Below are positions 24,201 through 34,900 of a stretch of 64,000 nucleotides of DNA, in pieces (within the stretch, counting starts at the first letter, position 1; each line of letters starts with the position of its first letter). The notes under the pieces are model-generated. The model worked only from the letters and a program-made list of their open reading frames with translations. It was not told the origin of the DNA and ran no database searches. Origin of the DNA: Felis catus. Its lineage: Eukaryota. A program made the position numbers and the translations under genes. The stretch is from the NCBI RefSeq assembly GCF_018350175.1, contig NC_058384.1, positions 68,758,001 to 68,822,000 of the forward strand, read 5' to 3'.

Positions 24201-27200
24201 GTGCTGCCCCTGCTACTCTCTCACCTGGTCTCTGTCCCCACCGCCCCTTCCTCCCTTCTCCTTAACTGGTGCTGCTCACGTCGACAGCTCTCCCTATAGT
24301 CCTGCCTACTTGTCTCCTCCCCCGGAGTCCAGCTGGCGGAGGTCAGTGTCTAGGGCAGACGGATCTCCTGTCCACTCTGACGTGTCTCTGGAGGGAGCTT
24401 GGGTTGGGGCTAGGCTTTCAACGGCGCGTCTTCCTGATGCGGGGCTGGGAGGGTGGGGGCGGGCGGAGTAGGTGGGTCAGAGTCCGGTCTTGGCCATGTT
24501 GACACGGGCGGCCAAGCCTCCCAGCCCAGCCAGCGCGGGACCAATGGGGACCGTGGCCGGCCGGGGTGTGTGTCGGGAGGAGGCGCAGTGGGCGCCCGAG
24601 GCGGAGTCCTGGCCCTCAGGTGTCTGGACCTCCCCGCTCACGTCCTACTCGGTGCCTACACCGCACAGTCCCGCTGGCCTCCACGATGCCCGTTCCACTG
24701 GTCCTGGCAGAGAGAAGTTCACAATTTCCAGATCCCTTAGCTTGATCGCGGGAGAGGGGTCACGGGTCACAGGTAGCAGAAGAACCGGAAAAGAGGCGCG
24801 GCCCTGGGTGCCCAGCCCCGTCTGTCTCCGCCTGGGCTGCACGGCTGTCTCCAGCCCCGTGCCTGCTTTCCTGTTCATCGCTAGCCTTCCTCCTGGTGAC
24901 CCTGTGTTTCCACCCCAGGACGATGCCCTGGGGCAATTTCCCTGCAGAGAAGGGGCAGCTGTTTCGACTACCATCTGCTCTGAACAGGTGACGGCCCTGG
25001 CCTTCTCGGGTCCCGTCTCGTACCGCAGTTTCTGGGCTCTGCTCCCTCGCTCCACGCTGTCCCAGCAAGCACTTTCCCCTGTGGAGCAGGGCCCGGGGCC
25101 GGGAAGCCTGCTCATCTCAGCCTCCCCCCACCCCACAGGACAAGTTCTGATTCTGCCCTTCACACCAGCGTGATGAACCCAAGCCCTCAGGACACTTATC
25201 CAGGTCCTGCCCCTCCCAGCATCCTGCCCGGTCGCCGTGGAGGTGAGCGGCCCAGGCCTCGGGCAGGGCAGGGAGTAGTTTCCACGGCTCGAGCCGGCGG
25301 GCGGGGAAGTGCCTCCCGGAGCCAACTCTTCTGCATCCTTTGCAGGTTTTCTGGATGGTGAGGTGGATTCCAAAGGTACGTGTTCCTTGCCGTGTGTGGA
25401 TACTGATGGCAGGGGGTTTCTGGGCCAGAGTCGGGGCTTCGAACAGGGCCGGGTGCAGGACTCCCGCGTCCCCAGCTCTGTCGGCCACTCTCACGGCCAG
25501 TCTTTCTCTTTCAAGTCCATGGTGCCGAGGAGAACTTGCTGGACGACAAGCACTTGCTGAAGCCCTGGGACGCGAAGAAGGTCGGTGTGGCCCACGTCCC
25601 TCTTCTTTCCATGGGTCAGGTCCTCCTTGGCCCTTGCTAAGTGTTCTTCCTTCTCTCCTCAGCTGGCCTCCTCCTCCTCCCGGCCTCGGTCCTGCGAAGT
25701 CCCTGGAATTAAGTAGGCACCTCCGGGAGGCCGGCGGAGGGGCTGGGGGAGACGTGGGAGGCTGGCGTCCAGCCCCCTGCCCCCCCGACCGCGGCCCCCA
25801 CGTCCCCCTCTCTGTCCTTTCCCCCCCACAGCATCTTTCCGTCTCCTGACCAGCCTGCCAGCGTGCCTGTCCTCCCGCCCGCCATGAACACGGGAGGCTC
25901 CCTGCCTGACCTCACCAACCTGCACTTCCCCCCGCCACTCCCTACCCCCCTGGACCCTGAGGAGACCGCCTACCCCCACCTGAGCGGGGGAAGCAGTACT
26001 TCCAATTTGACCCACACGATGACCCACCTGGGCATCAGCGGGGGCCTGGGCCTGGGCCCGGGCTCGGGCTATGATGCACCAGGTGAGTGTTCCCTGGAGT
26101 GCTGCCTGGCTGGAGGGGCGAAGGGGTGGGGGGCTTGAGCACCCGGGACCCTCCCGTGACTGCACACACCAGTCCACCCCAGGATTCCCTCACGGCAGAT
26201 GTGGCTTTTTCTAGAAAGGTGATGAGGGCAGCCTTCAGGCGGGCCGTGCCGGCCTCACTGTCAGGGACAGAGCAGGGAGGACATCGCCTTGCTGCTTCCA
26301 TAGTCTGGTCACTGCTACCTGTTCTGGGCGGAAGGGGGCCCAGCTCCCATCAGTAACGTTGGCATCTCTGGTTTTTGTCTGTGCAGGACTTCCTTCCCCT
26401 CTCAGCCACCCACCCTTGCAGGCCTCCCTGAGCAATCCCAACCTGCAGGCCTCCCTGAGCAATCCCAACCTGCAGGCCTCCCTGAGCAGTCCCCAGCCCC
26501 AGCTCCAGGGCTCCCACAGCCACCCCTCACTGCCTGCCTCTTCCCTGGCCCGACACACACTGCCCACCGCCTCCTTGGGCCACCCCTCACTCAGCGCCCC
26601 GGCCCTCTCCTCTGCATCCTCCTCCTCTGCCTCGCCTCCTGCCCTGGGCGCCCCCCCTTACCCAGCTTCCACCCCCGGGACCTCCCCCCGCCATCGCCGT
26701 GTGCCCCTCAGCCCCCTGAGTTTGCCCGCGGGCCCAGCTGACGCCAGGAGGTCCCAACAGCAGCTGCCCAAACAGTTTTCGCCAACAGTGTCACCCACCT
26801 TGTCCTCCATCACTCAGGTATGCGTGGCTCCCTTCCCTCCGTGTCTCCCTTCCTCTTCTCTTCCTGCTGAGTGCTCTCCCTCCCACCTTCAGCTTTCCAG
26901 ATGTCTGTCCTCACTTCTGAGCTCCCGTGTCCGCCCTCCCCTCCATTCCTCTGCCCCTCTCGCCTCCCCCCTCCTGAAGAGCGCAGGCCCCGGGCTCACA
27001 TCCTGGCCCCACGTCTTGCTAGCAGCCGCCTCCCTGGACGGGCGGTCAGGAGGTCTGCCGTGGTCTGTGGGCCTCGCGTGCTCACCTGTAGAACGAGGAT
27101 GCTTTTGTAAGGGTCACGGGAACGGCTGACGGGACGTGCTCAGGCCAGGCCGGCTCAGGCGCACGCTCCAGACGTGCCGGCTTGGTCCTGGCCTTGCCTC

Positions 27201-29187
27201 CCTCCCTCCCTTCTTCCCATGCCGTCTGTCTGTCTGTCTGTCCTCGTGTCGCCATCCTGTCTCATCCACCTCTCCCATGGCTGTTTCGCACCCACTTCCC
27301 AGAGGCAGAGGCTCTCAGATCACACGGCCTCGGCTCCGTTCTTTGTTTTCAAGAGGAGGACGTTGGCCCGAGGGAAAGTACCGCCCAAGCTTACTCTGCA
27401 AGTTAGGAGGAGTTGGGACCAGACCGGGCACCTAGCTGAGGGCTCCTTCCTCGATGCTGAAACGCCCACTCTTTTCTCTTGCCTCTCCTCCTCCACCCCC
27501 TTCCCTGGAATGCGTGTTGTGTGTTCCATCTTGACGCAGGTCCCCTTTCGTGGAGGAAAGACTCAGGCCAGGCCAGCAAGGGCTCTGCTCCCTCAGAGCC
27601 TGGAGCGAGACCCACGCCCCTCTCCCCGCCCCCCCCCTGCCGCTGGTGCTGGCCTGTGGGATGGGTTGCGAGTACTTGCTTGCTGACGGTGCTTAGGAAC
27701 ACTTACTTCTGCAGCGAATCCCGAGCAAGTTGGGCTCAGACTCATTCCCTCCCTTCCGGGCCGATACGCACGTTGGGAATCTGCACCCAACCCCGGGGTC
27801 GCCCCGTGGCACCGTCAGCTTTGTGTTGAGGATGGTTGCAGCCTAACAGGGTGGGGAACCCCAAGAGTTCCTCTTGGGGGCGCCCTGAGGGCTAAGCTTC
27901 TCCCTTTCTCCTTGCCTTCAGGGTGTCCCCCTGGATACCAGCAGACTGCCCACTGACCAGCGGCTGCCTCCATACCCGTACAGCCCCCCGAGTCTGGTTC
28001 TGCCCGCCCAGCCGCCCACCCCAAAGCCTCTGCCGCAGCCAGGGCTATCCTCGCAGGCCTGCCCGATGCAGCCCTCAGGCAGGCCACCGCACTGTGGGCT
28101 ACTGTACCCGCCCAGCTCCGGGGGGCACGGGCAGCAGTCTCACCACCGGCTGATGAGTGACTTCAGCCTGGGGAACGTGAGTGCCCAGGTCTCCGGCTTA
28201 GCAGCAGGGGAGGGCCCGTGTGGGATGGCCGGTGCGCTCTGAACTGGGAGAGCTGGTTGGGGTGGGGGTGGGGGATCACCCCCTCCAGGTACCAGCGCTT
28301 GCCAGTCTGAGGCGTCGCTCCTCCTGCGTTTGACCCCCGCTCCTGCCCCTGGCCCTCAGCTGTCCCTGCACAGCGTGCCCTCTGCCGGCTGCTGCCCTGA
28401 CTGGCTCTCCTCCCGGCATGCACGCGCTCTGTCCCGGCAGGTGTGGCACCCACACCTGCTCCGGGCGCCGTGCTCGCTTCTGCTGCTCTGCTTGCTGTCT
28501 TCACCCTCTCCTCTCATTCCTTGGGATGGGGGTGTGGGGTGGGTGCTTTTCTGGGCAGAGGGGGCAGAAGGGACACGCTGGTCCGAAGCCCGCTTCCTCA
28601 GGGTCTGTCTGTGTGTCCATAGCCAGAGCAGTTCAGCATGGAGAGCCCATCGGCCAGCCTGGCGCTGGACCCCCCTGGCTTTTCTGAAGGGCCTGGATTT
28701 TTAGGGGGCGAGGGGCCAGTGAGTGGCCTCCAGGACCCCCATACCCTCAACCACCAGAACTTGACCCACTGTTCCCGCCATGGCTCAGGGCCCAACATCA
28801 TTCTTCCAGGTGAGCGGTGTGGGTGGTGACGGGCAGGGAAGGAGGAGAGGGCACGTTTGCCGGTGCGTCACGAGACTGAGGAGTCTCGGGAGAGTTTTCC
28901 GGGCCCGGCTGAGTCTCGGGAGAGTTTTCCGGGCCCGGCTCTCACCCTTCTCTTCTGCCCACATAGGAGACTCCTCCCCCGGCTTCTCTAAGGAGATCGC
29001 CGCAGCCCTGGCCGGAGTGCCTGGCTTCGAGGTGGCGGCGGCCGGGCTGGGGCTGGGGCTGGGGCTGGAGGAGGAGCTGCGCATGGAGCCCCTGGGCCTG
29101 GAAGGGCTCCACATGCTGAGCGACCCCTGTGCCCTGCTGCCCGATCCTGCCGTGGAGGACTCTTTCCGCAGTGACCGGCTGCAGTGA
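20616..29187 (+). CDS. CRTC2: CREB-regulated transcription coactivator 2 (TORC2), 698 aa
   Basis: 14 exons: 20616-20768, 23438-23539, 23628-23744, 24280-24341, 24919-24987, 25139-25242, 25346-25375, 25516-25580, 25663-25712, 25832-26082, 26387-26817, 27922-28176, 28623-28809, 28967-29187, summing to 2097 nt. Landmarks: [20 protein letters not shown] (CREB-binding), RTSSDSALH and GGSLPDL phosphosites, end [14 protein letters not shown]. Intron 3 is AT-AC. Confidence 0.97.
22736..22830 (+). mobile_element. Short Can-SINE in CRTC2 intron 1
   Basis: GGGGCACCTGGCCGGCTCAG..CTTGATTTCAGGGTTGTGAGT..TGTAGAGACTACTTTAAA. Confidence 0.8.
23745..24279 (+). other. CRTC2: U12-type (minor spliceosome) AT-AC intron, CRTC2 intron 3
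   Basis: Donor ATATCCTT at 23745, branch point TCCTTAAC at 24259-24266, terminal AC at 24278-24279. Joins RHPRH|VDSSPYSP in frame. Confidence 0.93.
26416..26496 (+). repeat. CRTC2: 27-bp coding tandem repeat x3 ([27 protein letters not shown])
   Basis: Units 26416-26442, 26443-26469, 26470-26496. Confidence 0.93.
28881..28940 (+). repeat. Perfect 30-bp tandem duplication in CRTC2 last intron
   Basis: GAGTCTCGGGAGAGTTTTCCGGGCCCGGCT x2. Confidence 0.95.
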
Positions 29188-29601
29188 GGGGCCTCATCAG
29201 CGTCCGTCTTCTTGGCCCTGCCCCGTCACTGGTCCTTTCCTTCCTTCCCCCTGGCCAGTAGAGACTCCACTCTGCCCCCTAGATCCTCTTTCTACCATGA
29301 ACGAGGGATCCCAAGAATGAGAAAAAAAGCAAGGGGTCTTGTCCAGGTGGCCCCTGAACTCTGCACAAGGGGCGGGCCTGGGGGAGCTGGAGGGAGGGCC
29401 TAAAGCACTTGTAACTTTGAATCCTCTGTCTGGAGGTCAGAGCCTTGTTGGAAGGCAGGGATGGAGGGGAGCCCCGGAGGGGAGGCGGGGCTTGCCCTGC
29501 GCCTGGGGGGGTGGGCGGTGCCAGCCCCTCCCCACTCTTCCCCTTGCAATGCAGGAGAGAGCCAGAGTGGATATTATTTTTTATTAAATATATTATATGT
29601 T

Positions 29602-29607
29602 AATAAA
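29602..29607 (+). terminator. CRTC2: CRTC2 polyadenylation signal AATAAA
   Basis: AT-rich patch with AATAAA followed by a GT-rich downstream element. Confidence 0.8.
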
Positions 29608-30329
29608 AAAATCATATCAAGCTTTGGCGTGGTTTCTATTGTTGGATACGTATCTGGGGGTTTAGAGGGTCCTGGGGCCCTCTTCTCAGCGCTGTTGTGG
29701 TTTGTGGAGGGGCCTCAGCCTCAGAATCTGTACCCAGCGTTGAACTTGGGCGTCCGGGCTGCATGAGGACTCCCAGGGCAGCACATGTGCCCCTCCCGTG
29801 CCCTCCCACCCCACCTGTCCAGGCTAGGCTGAGCGTGGGGACAGGGGGCCCTGGCTGGCCAGGCTCAGTGCTGAGGCCTGGCAGTGAGTTCCGGGTGAGG
29901 AGGTGGCCGATGGCTGAGATGGCAGTCCGAAGTTCACCCAGGGGCAGCTGGCTCCGAGGAGGCTTTCACACCAATTGTGGATGCCAGGCAGGACTCAGGC
30001 TGGGTCCCGGGAGAGCCTAGGAGACAGTCGTACCTGGGCAGCCTCGGTGGGATGCTCCCGGGTCTCTCGCCACTCGCCTGGAGAGGCTTCCCCTTTCCGA
30101 CTGCCCTCTGCCCTCCATGCTCTTCCGCACTCACCAGTCAAGGGAGTGGTGTCCCCTTCGGCTCCCCTGCCCCCCTGCTTTCCCTACACCCCACGATGCC
30201 GGCCTCTCCTCTTCCTCTTTCCAAAGCCCTTGTCTTTTTCAGAAAAGGGAACTGAGAGCTTGTGGCCGAAGCCAACAGGGAATGCAGTGTCCCCTAAACC
30301 TGGAAGTAGGGGTGTCACAGGGTCGGCGC

Positions 30330-31300
30330 AGCCAGCCGGGGCCTCCTGGGCCACATGTGACCAGGCCCGGCGGCCTGCGTGCAGGGGGCCCTCCCGGCCG
30401 CCAGGGGTCGCGCTGCAGGCGCCGGGCGGGCGCGGCGGGGTCACGGCCGGGGGTGCGGGGTTGTGGTGGGGGGGGGGGGGGTTGAGGGGCTCAGGGAAAG
30501 CGGGGCGCGCGGACGAGTGCGGCGCGGCGCCCCGGCCGCCTGTCCCTCCGTCCGCCGCCCGGCGGGAGCGAGCCGAGCCCGGCGCCATGTCCGGGACCGG
30601 GTAGCCCGCCAGCCGCCCGCCTCCGAGCCGCCCCGCCCGGCCCGCGGGCCGGGAGCCCGGGAGCCGCGGGCCGGCAGGTAGGGGCCGGACCGGGCGGGGC
30701 GGCGCGGGCGGAGGCGGGCGGGCGCCGGCTGCGCATCTGGTTCCGCTTCCTCCGCCGCGGGGAAGTGAAAGCGCGGGGAGGGCGCCGCGGTCGGCGCCCC
30801 GCAGCCCGGCGGGGCAGGGGCGGGCGCGCAGGTGTGCGGCGGGCGTCCCCCCCGCCCCCCGGCCCCGCGGTTCCCGCAGCAGCTCCCGGCCGGGGCGGCC
30901 GCGTGGGGCCAGGGCCGGGGCCTGGCCGGGCGGCGAGGGCATGGGGGGGGGAGGGGGGAGCGCTGCGGGAAGGCGGAGGAGGGGCCGCGCGCCGGGCCCG
31001 CCGCCCCCGGCCCGGCCCCGGCGGTCCCCCCGCCGCGCGCCCTCGGGCCGACTTCCGCCCGCGCAGCTTCCCCTCCCGGGTTTCGGGAAGTCCCCTCCCT
31101 TCCCCTCCGCGGCGCCCCACGCCTCCAGTCCTCCGCTGCAGCCACCCACCGAGCTGCGCCCCAGCTCTGCGCCCTGGGGCTCGGGGACCCCCGGGGCCCC
31201 CACTCTCGGGTTGGGCCATGGCGGCAGGTGAGAACACAGTCGCTCCAGGCCCGTGGGGCTCCCGTCTCCCTCCCTGGGCTCCGCGGAGGAGGGCAGACGG
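30330..31300 (+). promoter_or_regulatory. DENND4B: DENND4B CpG-island promoter with first-exon donors at 30678 (CAG|GTAGGG) and 31228 (CAG|GTGAGA)
   Basis: Extremely CpG-rich with GC boxes and G-runs; two donor sites upstream of the acceptor at 31891. Confidence 0.7.
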
Positions 31301-31914
31301 CTCTGGACCCAACTTCAGGATCGTGGAGGTGGGAGGACGCAGGGCTGTTGGGTTGCTGGACTTAGCTTAGGAACAAGGGTACTTGAGTCTGCTTAAAAGA
31401 CACGAAAACTTGGGTTTTGTGGGCTTCCCTGGAAACCTAGAGGGGCGCTCTATAAGAACGTTAGCTGGGTCGTGAGGCCCTGATGTCACCAGTAGAGTCG
31501 GAAGGTCAGAAACCCCTAAAAAAGACTGTCGGGTTGGCATGATGTCATTGCAGGCCTTTACAGAAAAGACTGCGATCTCCGCAGTCGGGAGCCAGCACGG
31601 GTGGGGCCTTTAAAGGGGATTAGGGAGCAGTCTGAGGTCAGAGCCGAGGTCAGCCGCGAGCCCAGAGTGGCGTTCGGCTGCTTTGGGGAGAGGGCTGGCG
31701 CCGCCCCGCGGGAGGGCCCGGGTCTCTTTAAGGGCCTGCTGACGTCACGGGCGGGAGCGCTCGGGGTTGGCGGACCACCGCCGGTCCTACCCTCCCCGGG
31801 AAGGCCGGGAGGGGTGGGAGCGCTCGGGGTCACCTCCCGGGTCGGGTCGCCTCCCTCGCTTCTTCACCTCTCCCGCGCTTGACTGTTCCAGATGCAGTGA
31901 GTGAGGGGGGGGCC

Positions 31915-34900
31915 ATGGCGGAGGAGCGGCCCCCCCGGCTGGTGGATTACTTCGTGATAGCCGGGCTTTCGGGGAGCGGAGCACCCATCCCCGAGGAGCC
32001 GTGGGTTCCCGAGCCCAGCGGGCCCCTGCGCCCTCCGCGACCGGCTGATCCCATCACGGATGTGGCGGTCATTGCCAGGGCCCTGGGCGAGGAGGTGCCC
32101 CAGGGTTACACCTGCATCCAGACCTCTGCTGGGGGCCACCCCTTGGAACTCAGCGCCGGGCTCCTGGGTGGAACTCAGCCCGTCATCTGTTACCGCAGGG
32201 GCCGTGACAAGCCCCCTCTGGTGGAGCTGGGGTGCGTGGCCCCCTGCATGGGGACTGGGCGGCCAAGGGGCCGGTGTATTTACCTAGTGCTCCCATGGAG
32301 GTGGGTCCCCAGCTTCCAGCCCCGCGTCCTGTTTCCCGGTCTGTAACACGGGGGAAATAACACCTCCTCAGGGTGCAGTTGACAGGATTAAATGAGGTCA
32401 CCCACGTGTAGGACGTGGCACAGAGTCAGCAAACGGGGCCTTTTCCTCGTCGCATTTACGAATGAGTGTGCAGGCCACGGGGGGCTCGAGGGGTTGCTGC
32501 TGACCAAGAGGGAGAGAGCCAGGGCCAGAGTCCAGCCAGAAGCGGGCCCCGGGGTCCACTCTGACACGGCTGAGGGTGCGAGGCTGGGAGGTGGGACCGG
32601 TTAGGCGGATCTGCCCTGGGCCGTTGACATCTGTCTCTGCCCTGTGCCCAGGGTGCTGTACGAGGGGAAGGAGCGACCCAAGCCCGGCTTCCAAGTGCTA
32701 GACACGACGCCCTACAGCCACTCGGCCAATCTAGCCCCTCCCGGCCCAGGGCACCCCCGCACCTACCTCACTTACCGGCGGGCAGCAGAGGGGGCAGGGC
32801 TGCACGCCCTGGGCATCACTGACCTCTGCCTGGTGCTGCCCAGCAAGGGCGAGGGCACCCCTCACACCTACTGCCGGCTGCCTCGCAACCTCAACCCTGG
32901 CATGGTGAGTGGGGCCCGCGAGGCGATGGCGTGAGGGTGTGGAAACCGGGCACAAATGATGGCCTAGGGCCTCTAGGGCGGGGGTGGACCCAGAGGGGTG
33001 GCTCTCGTCTCGGGGGACTCCGTGGGGGTGGTAGAGCAAATGGCTCCCGGAAACGTCGTCAGCTACGTATCTGCTCGTCTCTCGTTGCTTCTGGGACAGT
33101 GGGGTCCAGCGGTGCACCTGTGCTACAAGGTGGGCCTGGCCAAGGCCAACACACTGGTGTACGAGGCAGGTGAGTAGCCCCTTTGTCCCCCCAGCCCCCC
33201 CGGTCTCTCGTGTCCCTCTGCCCTGGCGCCTCTCGGCCGGCACCACCTGCGTGTCCAGAACCCACCTCCCCTCTGCCACCGGGCGCTTCTCTCGCATCCC
33301 CTGGTTCCTACACCCCGGAGTCTGATCGGCCCTCCTCCTGGTGCCCCCCACTCCGCCGGGGCCGCAGAGCTGCTGGGCCGCTACCCGGAGGAGGACAACG
33401 AGGCCTTCCCGCTGCCCGAGTCGGTGCCCGTCTTCTGCCTGCCCATGGGGGCCACTGTCGAGTGCTGGCCTGCCCAGACCAAGTACCCCGTGCCCGTCTT
33501 TTCCACCTTCGTGCTCACGGGCGCAGCTGGAGACAAGGTGGGTGTGCGGGGTGTGCCCCGGGGTCCAGGCTGTGCAGAGCCCGCCTGACGGCCTCTCTGC
33601 CCCCCTGCCAGGTGTACGGGGCTGCCCTGCAGTTCTACGAGGCGTTCCCGAGGGCCAGGCTGTCGGAGCGGCAAGCACGGGCCCTGGGCCTCTTGAGTGC
33701 GGTGGAGCGTGGCCGGGCGCTGGGGGGCCGGGCCGTGCGCAGCCGCCGCGCCATTGCTGTGCTGTCCCGCTGGCCTGCCTTCCCGGCCTTCCGAGCCTTC
33801 CTCACCTTCCTCTACCGCTACTCCGTCTCGGGTCCCCACCGCCTGCCCTTGGAAGCGTGAGCATGGGCACCGTGACGCTGGGAAGGGGTGATGAGGGAGG
33901 GCTGGGGAGCCCAGGAGAGATGGGAGAGGTTGCGGTGGGCAGAGGAGTGGGGGCAGGGAAACGCCACGGGCTGAGGGGTGAGTGGGGCCTGAGCTCCAGC
34001 CCACGCTTGCTAGTTAGGTCCTGACAGCGCCTGCGTGACCTCTCTGTGCAGCAGGGTCTCTGACGGCAGGCGAGGGCCTCCAGGTGGAGCTCTGGGAGGC
34101 CCGAGGTTCTGGGGGACAGGTGAAGGACACGCGCATCCCTCTCTTCCCCAGGCACATCTCTCACTTCATTCACAACGTCCCCTTCCCCTCCCCGCAGAGA
34201 CCTCGCATCCTGGTACAGGTGAGTCCTGGGGGGTGTTGGGGGCGCGGAGGTGAGGAGGGGCAGAGGGAGGTGGTCCGGCCGGCCTCCGTCATTCTGACCT
34301 GCGGCCCTTCTGCCCCCAGATGTCTCCCTATGACAACCTGCTTCTCTGCCAGCCCGTGTCCTCACCCCTGCCCCTCAGGTACGTGCCCGGGTTGTGGGGC
34401 GGGGGGGGGGGGTTGGCGGGTGCTGTGGCGACCAAGGACACGTAGGCGCCAGGCCGGAGCGCCCGGCTCTCGAGGTCTGGAGGCCGGGCCCCCGGGGGCG
34501 TCTGTGCAGAGTGTGTCGGGAGGCCTCTCCGGGGTCTCCTGGTGACCCCCCACCTTGCGCTGCCCGCAGTGGTGCCAGCTTCTTGCAGCTGCTGCAGAGC
34601 CTAGGCCCGGAGCTGGCCGTCACCCTGCTGCTGGCTGTGCTCACGGAGCACAAGCTGCTGGTGCACTCGCTGCGGCCGGACCTGCTCACCAGCGTCTGCG
34701 AGGCCCTGGTGTCGGTGAGTGCCCGTCCTGCCCGGCCCACCTTCCCCAGACTCTGCTGCCCGCTCCTTCCTCCCAGAGGGTGCTCGACCTTCTCCTTGGG
34801 CACGACCTGTACAGCTTCGGTCGGGGGGGCTGTTCTCCAGAGTCCCCCCCCCACCCCCGCTGCACCCCCTCTGCCGTCCCCGCCCCCGCCTCAGTGGCCC

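Noticed and set aside
30184-31370. Long overlapping ORFs (up to 339 aa) on both strands at the DENND4B island
   Set aside because: Stop-codon depletion in very GC-rich DNA; low-complexity P/G/A/R translations in several frames; no recognisable domain.
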